Below, one piece after another: positions 1 to 14,900 of a stretch of DNA of 64,000 nt (position 1 is its first letter; every line of letters starts with the position of its first letter). The DNA lies in the NCBI GenBank assembly GCA_032718475.1, contig JAUCBJ010006039.1, positions 1 through 64,000 on the forward strand. The letters are read 5' to 3'. The position numbers and the translations under genes are program-made. The notes below the pieces were generated by a model that worked only from the letters and a program-made list of their open reading frames with translations, was not told the DNA's origin and made no database searches. The stretch comes from Nemertoderma westbladi (Eukaryota > Animalia > Xenacoelomorpha).

Positions 1-761
1 TATTTCTTTCCTGCTATTTAAACTTAATGATTGATCATAAATATTAAAAACGATTACATTTATGGTCTCAACCAACGGTTCGGCAAATCTTAATTTTAAT
101 TGGCCGTTAGTATATATCGACGGTTGCGGATCCCTAACATAGCCGTCGGCGGTTAGGTCCCAGGATAGGAGGGGGCAATTACCTAAGTAGGTTTCATGGT
201 CTATATTATTACCTCCATAACCGTTAATATATGTATTAATGTTCTTCATTAATTGAGTATACTCAAAAATATATGTTCCATCTGTAAAATTAGGCTCGTA
301 TATTACACCACCTACTGGAAGACCGTCTACAATCAGCTCCGCGCGTCTAAGGTTAAAATGTTCAAATTTCAATGGGATTGCTAGTTAATTCTCCCGAATA
401 TGCGTTATTTGTTATGAAGCCGATAATAACTAATTTGGGTTTTTTACCATCAAATATGTTTGTTTTGGGTGTAATTTGTGGTTTGAGCGGGAATAGTAAA
501 TGTTGTAACCTCCTTTTTTTGGAATTGATATTCAATATCGTAGCTCTCTAAACCTTTTAGGTGGCTGCTTTCTATTACCGGATTAACCTCCATTCTAGGA
601 ATTAGAATTTTTATATCATCTAACTCTAGTCGAAGATTTGTCACGGCGTTTGCGTTTGGAGTGATTTTAAAAATAAACGAATTTGATACTTTTCTAAAAT
701 GCATTCGTAAATCATACCCAGGTTGTATTATTTTAGTTTCAGTATCAAAATCAATCGTCAA
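1..761 (-). pseudogene. Polinton/Maverick (adintovirus-like) major capsid protein, C-terminal part, disrupted by two frameshifts
   Basis: ORF 450-761 continues after +1 frameshifts near 460 and 372 as NIFDGKKPKLVIIGFITNNAYSGELTSNP / LKFEHFNLRRAELIVDGLPVGGVIYEPNFTDGTY...LSWDLTADG...GQLKLRFAEPLVETINVIVFNIYDQSLSLNSRKEI. This matches from memory the Polinton MCP motifs (P..ivIGfv.n.Af.G...NPf.F.HfnL; DLT.D; L.FA.pL.etinvIv). It runs off the window edge. Confidence 0.8.
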
Positions 762-1572
762 TCAGGATTGTAAACTTAATTTCAGTGGTAAACTGTATGA
801 AATTACCGCGTGTGTGTACATAACCGAATCAACAGTAACCAAATCTCTATACAGACCCAATTATGGGGGGTATTTATTTACTAAGGGTTTCTAAACACTA
901 AAACCTTGCCGGGAACTCGCGATCAAAAGTAGCATCAAGAATTGAACCAATTTCTAAAAATATTATTTACACAGAATGGCTAACATCCTTAATACAGATA
1001 GGAAGGAAACTGGATGCAATAAAAATTCATCCCTCTCCACGGGTAATTGGACGCAAATAACAGCTGATTAATCTCAAAAATAAAACTGTAACCTGTTATA
1101 TTGTGTTTAGTTTATTGTTTTGGTTAAAACAACGTGCCACTGTAACCTGCTCCTTTCCCTAAATTGAGTATTTAACGTTGAGGCGGGATATTAATTCGCC
1201 AAGGCGGATTTGTGTCCAGTTTCACCCCCCCCCCCCCCCCCCCCCCCCCTTTCTCCCTTAATGATACATATAAAACAGGAAACATAAATAATAACCACAC
1301 ATTTAGTTAGCTTCGGAAATATATGCCCCTTGAAATATATGAAATCCTTCCATCCTAATTAATAGTTGTCTTTTCGAACAATATGAATCTATAAACAATA
1401 AAGATATCATAATACTTTAGTTTACAACTCAAACACAAATCCAAATCCGCCTCTTAAATGATCAAATTAAAGCCTTATCGAACACTACACGATAGCCAAA
1501 TACTGATAAGACATAATTTAATTACTCCAGGCAGACGAACACAAGAATCGATAAGTTTGTACTTCAAGTTAA

Positions 1573-1622
1573 GGGGAGATGGTACTCCAGAACTTTAATA
1601 GCCTGGGGGGTACCATCTCCCC
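1573..1622. mobile_element. 50-bp Kolobok-like mini element or footprint
   Basis: 13-bp perfect TIR GGGGAGATGGTAC...GTACCATCTCCCC, flanked by TTAA on both sides (1569-1572 and 1623-1626). Confidence 0.5.
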
Positions 1623-2420
1623 TTAAGTAAAGGGATAATAAAACAGTCGATTACAATAAAATACCTAGAAGTAACAAACTAAAATGGGAAAATCTAATTA
1701 AAAATAAAACAAAGGAAATAACGATAGCAGTATTTTATATTCGCTAAATAAAAGGACATTTATAGACCAAATCAGATAAAATTAATGTTATTCAAGGTTC
1801 GCTCGTATGGCCAGTTTACCAATCAATGGGTACGAGCAAGCCGTACCCCGTAAAGGACGGCCGTCCGTTAAATAAGCGTAGGCTGAAAGTTTCTTTACAT
1901 CAACGGTAGTAGTGTTGTAGTACCAGCTCAACAGTACTGTGTACTGAAACAACACGTTCGTGGGGCCTTCGCGCAGCACAAGGCTCAGTTATGAGATACA
2001 GATACAAATTGAGCAATTCTATCACAAAATCGGTATTTAAGAAATTTAACCAAACCACCAATAGAAAGTCCCCCCCCCCCCCCCCCCCCCCCCCCCTCCC
2101 CCCCTCTTAATCTGCACCCCAACCCAAAGGCGCACAGAGGATCGATGAAAGACCGGTATTAACAGAAAAATACCTGAGAAAAATCTTTACGTTTTAAAAG
2201 TAATATATTTTAGGCGTGGGGGCCAATTAATTAAGTAATTAAAACCTACGTTATGCCGATACGATAGTATTGATACTGAAATATTAATTTACAATTAACA
2301 AAATTATGGAGGCAGTGATCCTCAAGCATTTTCTAAACTCTCTAGAAGTAAGCGACTTTCAAGTTGCATACCGGGCAAAATGTGGAACGGACTTTACAAT
2401 TAGTGAGCTTTTCGAATTAA

Positions 2421-3578
2421 TTGAGCAATTTTGAGAAAGACAGGCATCTGGCTGTTATCTTTGTTGACTTCTTCAAGGCCTTTGATTCAGTCTCTCGCTC
2501 ACGTATGTTCAGCATACTTTCATTATATGGGATTCCTGATGAAATTATTGCAGCAATCAGATCAGTATACGATGGTTCGACAACATTTGTGTCTACTGTT
2601 GATGGTGACACAGAACCATTTGAAGTGTTATGGGGCGTCCTCCAGGGAGACACACTTGCACCATTCTTGTTCATAATTGTGGTTGACTATGTTCTACGCA
2701 TGTCCTTAGATCATTATAATGATGATGGGGTGATGATAACTCCACCTACTGGCTCCAGAAGTCGAGGAAATCCTGCCAAGTACCTAACTGATCTAGACTT
2801 TGCTGATGACTTAGGAGTACTCTCAGAATCATTAGAGGGAGCCCAACGGCTCCTCAGCTCATTAGAACATGCTGCTTCTAGTGTTGGTCTTTTTATTAAC
2901 TCCAGAAAGACCAAAATTCTGACAGTTAACTTTGAAAGTCCTCAGCAAGTCTCTGATCGGATGAGCATAAGCCCAAAGGATGGTATGCTTGAGCATGTGG
3001 ACGACTTCTGTTACCTGGGATCATGGATCCGGAAGTCAGGTGAGGACCTTCGAATACGTAAGGGAAAGGCATGGGCAGCCTTGAATAGGCTTTCCAGGAT
3101 TTGGAAGTCACCGAGAATTAATCGGAAACTTAAGGTCCGATTATTTAGAGCAGCAGTAGTTCCAGTACTCCTCTACGGGAGTCCATGCTGGGCTCTAACT
3201 GCTGAGGACACCAAATCTCTGGATGGCACATTCACAAGAATGCTACGCCGGGTTCATTGTGTCAAGTACAATGCACACATCTCCAACCAGACACTATATA
3301 ACATTGGAGGTGTCTCATTGGTTCCCCCAAGCTTGACACTAGAACAAAATCGCCTCCGCTTTGCAGGACATTGCTTTCGCCGTGAGGATCAGCCAGTGCA
3401 TAATCTTGTACTTTGGCAGCCTCATGGAGTGAATAAGCATGGTGGACAGCCCATGACTTTCTTGAGACGCATCTTAAAGGACACTGGCCTTAAAGATGCG
3501 GATGATCTAGCAAATGTCATGGGTGATAGGGAGTTGTGGCGGTGCAATTTTGTTGACAAGCCGGCACAGCATTCTTAA
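2421..3578 (+). CDS. RTE-type reverse transcriptase, C-terminal part (5'-truncated, no genuine start codon)
   Basis: Motifs FVDFFKAFDSV, GVLQGDTLAPFLFII, LDFADDL, FCYLGS, LLYGSPCW, RLRFAGHCFR; frame uninterrupted to the stop. Confidence 0.85.
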   Translation: MSNFEKDRHLAVIFVDFFKAFDSVSRSRMFSILSLYGIPDEIIAAIRSVYDGSTTFVSTVDGDTEPFEVLWGVLQGDTLAPFLFIIVVDYVLRMSLDHYNDDGVMITPPTGSRSRGNPAKYLTDLDFADDLGVLSESLEGAQRLLSSLEHAASSVGLFINSRKTKILTVNFESPQQVSDRMSISPKDGMLEHVDDFCYLGSWIRKSGEDLRIRKGKAWAALNRLSRIWKSPRINRKLKVRLFRAAVVPVLLYGSPCWALTAEDTKSLDGTFTRMLRRVHCVKYNAHISNQTLYNIGGVSLVPPSLTLEQNRLRFAGHCFRREDQPVHNLVLWQPHGVNKHGGQPMTFLRRILKDTGLKDADDLANVMGDRELWRCNFVDKPAQHS

Positions 3579-3616
3579 AAATGCAGCTGCAATGCAGCAT
3601 GCCGATCCTAGTAGTA
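2432..3616 (+). mobile_element. 5'-truncated RTE-clade non-LTR retrotransposon
   Basis: Bounded by the 9-bp TSD GAGCAATTT (2423-2431 and 3617-3625), with a short (TAG)n tail at the 3' end and an open RT ORF inside. Confidence 0.85.
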
Positions 3617-4070
3617 GAGCAATTTCCTAAGTTTACATCTGCCAAATGGATATTCGTGCTGCTTTTGACAATGTCAGTAACCACCTTCTTTTCAAACAAA
3701 TATCAATGACAATCAACCCTTATATCTGCAGGCTATTACTTGACTACTACCAGACAGGTGTAATATTCCTCATATTTGGTGATGTAATTGATACAGTGGG
3801 GATACCCACTAGAATTGGATTAAAATAAGGATCCTTATTGAGTCCCAGTTTGTTTACCTTATTTACTACCGCACCCTGTATGGCCTTAACAACTGCAGTA
3901 CAAGCTGGGTTGCTACTTAAATGGAATATGGATATCTCATATCATTTATGTAGATGATATTTTACTAATCGCACCAAATTCTCATGATGTAGAAACTCTT
4001 GCTGGACCTAACTGAAACCATTGGATCAAACAAAACTGAGTGACATTGAACTCACCATCGATTCAGGAAA

Positions 4071-5943
4071 AACACACTGCTCATGTTTCACCCACATAAG
4101 TTCGATGTAACGAACACACTGCTCATGTTTCACCCATATAAGTTCGATGTAACGAACACACTGCTCATGTTTCACCCACATAAGTTCGATGTAACGAACA
4201 CACTGCTCATGTTTCACCCACATAAGTTCGATGTAACGAACACACTGCTCATGTTTCACCCATATAAGTTCGATGTAACGAACACACTGCTCATGTTTCA
4301 CCCACATAAGTTCGATGTAACGAACACACTGCTCATGTTTCACCCACATAAGTTCGATGTAACGAACACACTGCTCATGTTTCACCCACATAAGTTCGAT
4401 GTAACGAACACACTGCTCATGTTTCACCCACATAAGTTCGATGTAACGAACACACTGCTCATGTTTCACCCACATAAGTTCGATGTAACGAACACACTGC
4501 TCATGTTTCACCCATATAAGTTCGATGTAACGAACACACTGCTCATGTTTCACCCACATAAGTTCGATGTAACGAACACACTGCTCATGTTTCACCCACA
4601 TAAGTTCGATGTAACGAACACACTGCTCATGTTTCACCCACATAAGTTCGATGTAACGAACACACTGCTCATGTTTCACCCACATAAGTTCGATGTAACG
4701 AACACACTGCTCATGTTTCACCCACATAAGTTCGATGTAACGAACACACTGCTCATGTTTCACCCACATAAGTTCGATGTAACGAACACACTGCTCATGT
4801 TTCACCCACATAAGTTCGATGTAACGAACACACTGCTCATGTTTCACCCACATAAGTTCGATGTAACGAACACACTGCTCATGTTTCACCCACATAAGTT
4901 CGATGTAACGAACACACTGCTCATGTTTCACCCACATAAGTTCGATGTAACGAACACACTGCTCATGTTTCACCCACATAAGTTCGATGTAACGAACACA
5001 CTGCTCATGTTTCACCCACATAAGTTCGATGTAACGAACACACTGCTCATGTTTCACCCACATAAGTTCGATGTAACGAACACACTGCTCATGTTTCACC
5101 CACATAAGTTCGATGTAACGAACACACTGCTCATGTTTCACCCACATAAGTTCGATGTAACGAACACACTGCTCATGTTTCACCCACATAAGTTCGATGT
5201 AACGAACACACTGCTCATGTTTCACCCACATAAGTTCGATGTAACGAACACACTGCTCATGTTTCACCCACATAAGTTCGATGTAACGAACACACTGCTC
5301 ATGTTTCACCCACATAAGTTCGATGTAACGAACACACTGCTCATGTTTCACCCACATAAGTTCGATGTAACGAACACACTGCTCATGTTTCACCCACATA
5401 AGTTCGATGTAACGAACACACTGCTCATGTTTCACCCACATAAGTTCGATGTAACGAACACACTGCTCATGTTTCACCCACATAAGTTCGATGTAACGAA
5501 CACACTGCTCATGTTTCACCCACATAAGTTCGATGTAACGAACACACTGCTCATGTTTCACCCACATAAGTTCGATGTAACGAACACACTGCTCATGTTT
5601 CACCCACATAAGTTCGATGTAACGAACACACTGCTCATGTTTCACCCACATAAGTTCGATGTAACGAACACACTGCTCATGTTTCACCCACATAAGTTCG
5701 ATGTAACGAACACACTGCTCATGTTTCACCCACATAAGTTCGATGTAACGAACACACTGCTCATGTTTCACCCACATAAGTTCGATGTAACGAACACACT
5801 GCTCATGTTTCACCCACATAAGTTCGATGTAACGAACACACTGCTCATGTTTCACCCACATAAGTTCGATGTAACGAACACACTGCTCATGTTTCACCCA
5901 CATAAGTTCGATGTAACGAACACACTGCTCATGTTTCACCCAC
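4071..5943. repeat. 42-bp tandem array, about 44-45 copies, almost invariant
   Basis: Unit AACACACTGCTCATGTTTCACCCACATAAGTTCGATGTAACG; only a C>T variant seen, in three copies near the left end. Confidence 0.97.
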
Positions 5944-5967
5944 GTGATTTCGATACACAGGAGCCAA

Positions 5968-8900
5968 ATATAATCTACAGTTTTATATCGGGGCCCTTTC
6001 GATTACATGTAATACACAGTTTTATATTGGGGCCCTTTCGATTACATATAATCTACAGTTTTATATTGGGGCCCTTTCGATTACATGTAATACACAGTTT
6101 TATATTGGGGCCCTTTCGATTACATATAATCTACAGTTTTATATTGGGGCCCTTTCGATTACATATAATCTACAGTTTTATATCGGGGCCCTTTCGATTA
6201 CATATAATCTACAGTTTTATATTGGGGCCCTTTCGATTACATGTAATCTACAGTTTTATATCGGGGCCCTTTCGATTACATGTAATACACAGTTTTATAT
6301 TGGGGCCCTTTCGATTACATGTAATACACAGTTTTATATTGGGGCCCTTTCGATTACATATAATCTACAGTTTTATATCGGGGCCCTTTCGATTACATAT
6401 AATACACAGTTTTATATTGGGGCCCTTTCGATTACATATAATCTACAGTTTTATATTTGGGCCCTTTCGATTACATATAATCTACAGTTTTATATTGGGG
6501 CCCTTTCGATTACATATAATCTACAGTTTTATATCGGGGCCCTTTCGATTACATATAATCTACAGTTTTATATTTGGGCCCTTTCGATTACATATAATCT
6601 ACAGTTTTATATTGGGGCCCTTTCGATTACATATAATCTACAGTTTTATATTGGGGCCCTTTCGATTACATGTAATACACAGTTTTATATTGGGGCCCTT
6701 TCGATTACATATAATCTACAGTTTTATATTGGAGCCCTTTCGATTACATGTAATACACAGTTTTATATTGGGGCCCTTTCGATTACATATAATCTACAGT
6801 TTTATATTGGGGCCCTTTCGATTACATGTAATACACAGTTTTATATTGGGGCCCTTTCGATTACATATAATCTACAGTTTTATATTGGGGCCCTTTCGAT
6901 TACATATAATCTACAGTTTTATATCGGGGCCCTTTCGATTACATATAATCTACAGTTTTATATTGGGGCCCTTTCGATTACATGTAATCTACAGTTTTAT
7001 ATCGGGGCCCTTTCGATTACATATAATCTACAGTTTTATATCGGGGCCCTTTCGATTACATATAATACACAGTTTTATATTGGGGCCCTTTCGATTACAT
7101 ATAATCTACAGTTTTATATTTGGGCCCTTTCGATTACATATAATCTACAGTTTTATATTGGGGCCCTTTCGATTACATATAATCTACAGTTTTATATCGG
7201 GGCCCTTTCGATTACATATAATCTACAGTTTTATATTTGGGCCCTTTCGATTACATATAATCTACAGTTTTATATTGGGGCCCTTTCGATTACATATAAT
7301 CTACAGTTTTATATCGGGGCCCTTTCGATTACATATAATACACAGTTTTATATTGGGGCCCTTTCGATTACATATAATCTACAGTTTTATATTGGGGCCC
7401 TTTCGATTACATATAATCTACAGTTTTATATTTGGGCCCTTTCGATTACATATAATCTACAGTTTTATATTGGGGCCCTTTCGATTACATATAATCTACA
7501 GTTTTATATCGGGGCCCTTTCGATTACATATAATCTACAGTTTTATATTGGGGCCCTTTCGATTACATATAATCTACAGTTTTATATTTGGGCCCTTTCG
7601 ATTACATATAATCTACAGTTTTATATCGGGGCCCTTTCGATTACATATAATCTACAGTTTTATATTGGGGCCCTTTCGATTACATGTAATACACAGTTTT
7701 ATATTGGGGCCCTTTCGATTACATATAATCTACAGTTTTATATTGGGGCCCTTTCGATTACATATATTCTACAGTTTTATATTGGGGCCCTTTCGATTAC
7801 ATATAATCTACAGTTTTATATCGGGGCCCTTTCGATTACATATAATCTACAGTTTTATATTGGGGCCCTTTCGATTACATGTAATCTACAGTTTTATATC
7901 GGGGCCCTTTCGATTACATATAATCTACAGTTTTATATCGGGGCCCTTTCGATTACATATAATACACAGTTTTATATTGGGGCCCTTTCGATTACATATA
8001 ATCTACAGTTTTATATTTGGGCCCTTTCGATTACATATAATCTACAGTTTTATATTGGGGCCCTTTCGATTACATATAATCTACAGTTTTATATCGGGGC
8101 CCTTTCGATTACATATAATCTACAGTTTTATATTGGGGCCCTTTCGATTACATATAATCTACAGTTTTATATTTGGGCCCTTTCGATTACATATAATCTA
8201 CAGTTTTATATCGGGGCCCTTTCGATTACATATAATCTACAGTTTTATATCGGGGCCCTTTCGATTACATATAATACACAGTTTTATATTGGGGCCCTTT
8301 CGATTACATATAATCTACAGTTTTATATTTGGGCCCTTTCGATTACATATAATCTACAGTTTTATATTGGGGCCCTTTCGATTACATATAATCTACAGTT
8401 TTATATCGGGGCCCTTTCGATTACATATAATCTACAGTTTTATATTTGGGCCCTTTCGATTACATATAATCTACAGTTTTATATTGGGGCCCTTTCGATT
8501 ACATATAATCTACAGTTTTATATCGGGGCCCTTTCGATTACATATAATACACAGTTTTATATTGGGGCCCTTTCGATTACATATAATCTACAGTTTTATA
8601 TTGGTGCCCTTTCGATTACATGTAATACACAGTTTTATATTGGGGCCCTTTCGATTACATATAATCTACAGTTTTATATTGGGGCCCTTTCGATTACATG
8701 TAATACACAGTTTTATATTGGGGCCCTTACGATTACATGTAATACAGTTTTATATTGGGGCCCTTTCGATTACATGTAATACACAGTTTTATATTGGGGC
8801 CCTTTCGATTACATGTAATACACAGTTTTATATTGGGGCCCTTTCGATTACATATAATCTACAGTTTTATATTGGGGCCCTTTCGATTACATATATTCTA

Positions 8901-11900
8901 CAGTTTTATATTGGGGCCCTTTCGATTACATATAATCTACAGTTTTATATTGGGGCCCTTTCGATTACATATCATCTACAGTTTTATATTGGGGCCCTTT
9001 CGATTACATACAATCTACAGTTTTATATTGGGGCCCTTTCGATTACATATAATCTACAGTTTTATATTGGGGCCCTTTCGATTACATATAATCTACAGTT
9101 TTATATCGGGGCCCTTTCGATTACATATAATCTACAGTTTTATATTGGGGCCCTTTCGATTACATGTAATACACAGTTTTATATTGGGGCCCTTTCGATT
9201 ACATGTAATCCACAGTTTTATATTGGGGCCCTTTCGATTACTTGTAATGCACAGTTTTATATATCCCTTTCGATTACATATAATCTACAGTTTTATATTG
9301 GGGCCCTTTCGATTACATGTCATCTACAGTTTTATATTGGGGCCCTTTCGATTACATACAATCTACAGTTTTATATTGGGGCCCTTTCGATTACATATAA
9401 TCTACAGTTTTATATTGGGGCCCTTTCGATTACATATCATCTACAGTTTTATATTGGGGCCCTTTCGATTACATATAATCTACAGTTTTATATTGGGGCC
9501 CTTTCGATTACATATAATCTACAGTTTTATATTGGGGCCCTTTCGATTACATATAATCGACAGTTTTATATTGGGGCCCTTTCGATTACATATAATCTAC
9601 AGTTTTATATTGGGGCCCTTTCGATTACATGTAATACACAGTTTTATATTGGGGCCCTTTCGATTACATGTAATACACAGTTTTATATTGGGGCCCTTTC
9701 GATTACATGTAATACACAGTTTTATATTGGGGCCCTTTCGATTACATATAATCTACAGTTTTATATTGGGGCCCTTTCGATTACATATAATCTACAGTTT
9801 TATATTGGGGCCCTTTCGATTACATATAATCTACAGTTTTATATTGGGGCCCTTTCGATTACATGTAATGCACAGTTTTATATTGGGGCCTCTTCGATTA
9901 CATGTAATACACAGTTTTATATTGGGGCCCTTTCGATTACATGTAATACACAGTTTTATATTGGGGCCCTTTCGATTACATATAATCTACAGTTTTATAT
10001 TGGGGCCCTTTCGATTACATATAATCTACAGTTTTATATTGGGGCCCTTTCGATTACATATAATCTACAGTTTTATATTGGGGCCCTTTCGATTACATAT
10101 AATCTACAGTTTTATATTGGGGCCCTTTCGATTACATGTAATACACAGTTTTATATTGGGGCCTCTTCGATTACATGTAATACACAGTTTTATATTGGGG
10201 CCCTTTCGATTACATGTAATACACAGTTTTATATTGGGGCCCTTTCGATTACATATAATCTACAGTTTTATATTGGGGCCCTTTCGATTACATATAATCT
10301 ACAGTTTTATATTGGGGCCCTTTCGATTACATATAATCTACAGTTTTATATTGGGGCCCTTTCGATTACATGTAATACACAGTTTTATATTGGGGCCTCT
10401 TCGATTACATGTAATACACAGTTTTATATTGGGGCCCTTTCGATTACATGTAATACACAGTTTTATATTGGGGCCCTTTCGATTACATATAATCTACAGT
10501 TTTATATTGGGGCCCTTTCGATTACATATAATCTACAGTTTTATATTGGGGCCCTTTCGATTACATATAATCTACAGTTTTATATTGGGGCCCTTTCGAT
10601 TACATATAATCTACAGTTTTATATCGGGGCCCTTTCGATTACATATAATCTACAGTTTTATATTGGGGCCCTTTCGATTACATGTAATACAGTTTTATAT
10701 TGGGGCCCTTTCGATTACATGTAATACACAGTTTTATATTGGGGCCCTTTCGATTACATGTAATACACAGTTTTATATTGGGGCCCTTTCGATTACATGT
10801 AATACACAGTTTTATATTGGGGCCCTTTCGATTACATGTAATACACAGTTTTATATCGGGGCCCTTTCGATTACATATAATCTACAGTTTTATATTGGGG
10901 CCCTTTCGATTACATATAATCTACAGTTTTATATTGGGGCCCTTTCGATTACATATAATCTACAGTTTTATATTGGGGCCCTTTCGATTACATGTAATAC
11001 ACAGTTTTATATTGGGGCCCTTTCGATTACATGTAATACACAGTTTTATATTGGGGCCCTTTCGATTACATGTAATACACAGTTTTATATTGGGGCCCTT
11101 TCGATTACATATAATCTACAGTTTTATATTGGGGCCCTTTCGATTACATGTAATACACAGTTTTATATTGGGGCCCTTTCGATTACATATCATCTACAGT
11201 TTTATATTGGGTCCCTTTCGATTACATATAATCTACAGTTTTATATTGGGGCCCTTTCGATTACATATAATCTACAGTTTTATATTGGGGCCCTTTCGAT
11301 TACATATAATCGACAGTTTTATATTGGGGCCCTTTCGATTACATATAATCTACAGTTTTATATTGGGGCCCTTTCGATTACATGTAATACACAGTTTTAT
11401 ATTGGGGCCCTTTCGATTACATATAATCTACAGTTTTATATTGGGGCCCTTTCGATTACATGTAATACACAGTTTTATATTGGGGCCCTTTCGATTACAT
11501 ATCATCTACAGTTTTATATTGGGTCCCTTTCGATTACATATAATCTACAGTTTTATATCGGGGCCCTTTCGATTACATATAATACACAGTTTTATATTGG
11601 GGCCCTTTCGATTACATATAATCTACAGTTTTATATTGGGGCCCTTTCGATTACATGTAATACACAGTTTTATATTGGGGCCCTTTCGATTACATATAAT
11701 CTACAGTTTTATATTGGGGCCCTTTCGATTACATGTAATACACAGTTTTATATTGGGGCCCTTACGATTACATGTAATACAGTTTTATATTGGGGCCCTT
11801 TCGATTACATGTAATACACAGTTTTATATTGGGGCCCTTTCGATTACATGTAATACACAGTTTTATATTGGGGCCCTTTCGATTACATATAATCTACAGT

Positions 11901-14900
11901 TTTATATTGGGGCCCTTTCGATTACATATATTCTACAGTTTTATATTGGGGCCCTTTCGATTACATATAATCTACAGTTTTATATTGGGGCCCTTTCGAT
12001 TACATATCATCTACAGTTTTATATTGGGGCCCTTTCGATTACATACAATCTACAGTTTTATATTGGGGCCCTTTCGATTACATATAATCTACAGTTTTAT
12101 ATTGGGGCCCTTTCGATTACATATAATCTACAGTTTTATATCGGGGCCCTTTCGATTACATATAATCTACAGTTTTATATTGGGGCCCTTTCGATTACAT
12201 GTAATACACAGTTTTATATTGGGGCCCTTTCGATTACATGTAATCCACAGTTTTATATTGGGGCCCTTTCGATTACTTGTAATGCACAGTTTTATATATC
12301 CCTTTCGATTACATATAATCTACAGTTTTATATTGGGGCCCTTTCGATTACATGTCATCTACAGTTTTATATTGGGGCCCTTTCGAATACATACAATCTA
12401 CAGTTTTATATTGGGGCCCTTTCGATTACATATAATCTACAGTTTTATATTGGGGCCCTTTCGATTACATATAATCTACAGTTTTATATTGGGGCCCTTT
12501 CGATTACATATAATCTAGTTTTATATTGGGGCCCTTTCGATTACATATAATCTACAGTTTTATATTGGGGCCCTTTCGATTACTTGTAATGCACAGTTTT
12601 ATATATCCCTTTCGATTACATATAATCTACAGTTTTATATTGGGGCCCTTTCGATTACATGTCATCTACAGTTTTATATTGGGGCCCTTTCGAATACATA
12701 CAATCTACAGTTTTATATTGGGGCCCTTTCGATTACATGTAATACACAGTTTTATATTGGGGCCCTTTCGATTACATGTAATCCACAGTTTTATATTGGG
12801 GCCCTTTCGATTACTTGTAATGCACAGTTTTATATATCCCTTTCGATTACATATAATCTACAGTTTTATATTGGGGCCCTTTCGATTACATGTCATCTAC
12901 AGTTTTATATTGGGGCCCTTTCGAATACATACAATCTACAGTTTTATATTGGGGCCCTTTCGATTACATATAATCTACAGTTTTATATTGGGGCCCTTTC
13001 GATTACATATCATCTACAGTTTTATATTGGGGCCCTTTCGATTACATATAATCTACAGTTTTATATTGGGGCCCTTTCGATTACATATAATCTACAGTTT
13101 TATATTGGGGCCCTTTCGATTACATATAATCGATAGTTTTATATTGGGGCCCTTTCGATTACATATAATCTACAGTTTTATATTGGGGCCCTTTCGATTA
13201 CATGTAATACACAGTTTTATATTGGGGCCCTTTCGATTACATGTAATACACAGTTTTATATTGGGGCCCTTTCGATTACATGTAATACACAGTTTTATAT
13301 TGGGGCCCTTTCGATTACATATAATCTACAGTTTTATATTGGGGCCCTTTCGATTACATATAATCTACAGTTTTATATTGGGGCCCTTTCGATTACATAT
13401 AATCTACAGTTTTATATTGGGGCCCTTTCGATTACATGTAATGCACAGTTTTATATTGGGGCCTCTTCGATTACATGTAATACACAGTTTTATATTGGGG
13501 CCCTTTCGATTACATGTAATACACAGTTTTATATTGGGGCCCTTTCGATTACATATAATCTACAGTTTTATATTGGGGCCCTTTCGATTACATATAATCT
13601 ACAGTTTTATATTGGGGCCCTTTCGATTACATATAATCTACAGTTTTATATTGGGGCCCTTTCGATTACATATAATCTACAGTTTTATATTGGGGCCCTT
13701 TCGATTACATGTAATACACAGTTTTATATTGGGGCCTCTTCGATTACATGTAATACACAGTTTTATATTGGGGCCCTTTCGATTACATGTAATACACAGT
13801 TTTATATTGGGGCCCTTTCGATTACATATAATCTACAGTTTTATATTGGGGCCCTTTCGATTACATATAATCTACAGTTTTATATTGGGGCCCTTTCGAT
13901 TACATATAATCTACAGTTTTATATTGGGGCCCTTTCGATTACATGTAATACACAGTTTTATATTGGGGCCTCTTCGATTACATGTAATACACAGTTTTAT
14001 ATTGGGGCCCTTTCGATTACATGTAATACACAGTTTTATATTGGGGCCCTTTCGATTACATATAATCTACAGTTTTATATTGGGGCCCTTTCGATTACAT
14101 ATAATCTACAGTTTTATATTGGGGCCCTTTCGATTACATATAATCTACAGTTTTATATTGGGGCCCTTTCGATTACATATAATCTACAGTTTTATATCGG
14201 GGCCCTTTCGATTACATATAATCTACAGTTTTATATTGGGGCCCTTTCGATTACATGTAATACAGTTTTATATTGGGGCCCTTTCGATTACATGTAATAC
14301 ACAGTTTTATATTGGGGCCCTTTCGATTACATGTAATACACAGTTTTATATTGGGGCCCTTTCGATTACATGTAATACACAGTTTTATATTGGGGCCCTT
14401 TCGATTACATGTAATACACAGTTTTATATCGGGGCCCTTTCGATTACATATAATCTACAGTTTTATATTGGGGCTCTTTCGATTACATATAATCTACAGT
14501 TTTATATTGGGGCCCTTTCGATTACATATAATCTACAGTTTTATATTGGGGCCCTTTCGATTACATGTAATACACAGTTTTATATTGGGGCCCTTTCGAT
14601 TACATGTAATACACAGTTTTATATTGGGGCCCTTTCGATTACATGTAATACACAGTTTTATATTGGGGCCCTTTCGATTACATGTAATACACAGTTTTAT
14701 ATTGGGGCCCTTTCGATTACATATCATCTACAGTTTTATATTGGGTCCCTTTCGATTACATATAATCTACAGTTTTATATTGGGGCCCTTTCGATTACAT
14801 ATAATCTACAGTTTTATATTGGGGCCCTTTCGATTACATATAATCGACAGTTTTATATTGGGGCCCTTTCGATTACATATAATCTACAGTTTTATATTGG

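Larger units (their letters stand above)
2299..4070 (+). pseudogene. Old degenerate non-LTR (LINE) reverse transcriptase, split by the RTE insertion
   Basis: KIMEAVILKHF...DFQVAYRAKCGT lies before the insertion. After it come VYICQMDIRAAFDNV, GLK*GSLLSPSLF, IIYVDDILLIAP and ELTIDSGKT, with stops and frameshifts. Confidence 0.75.
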
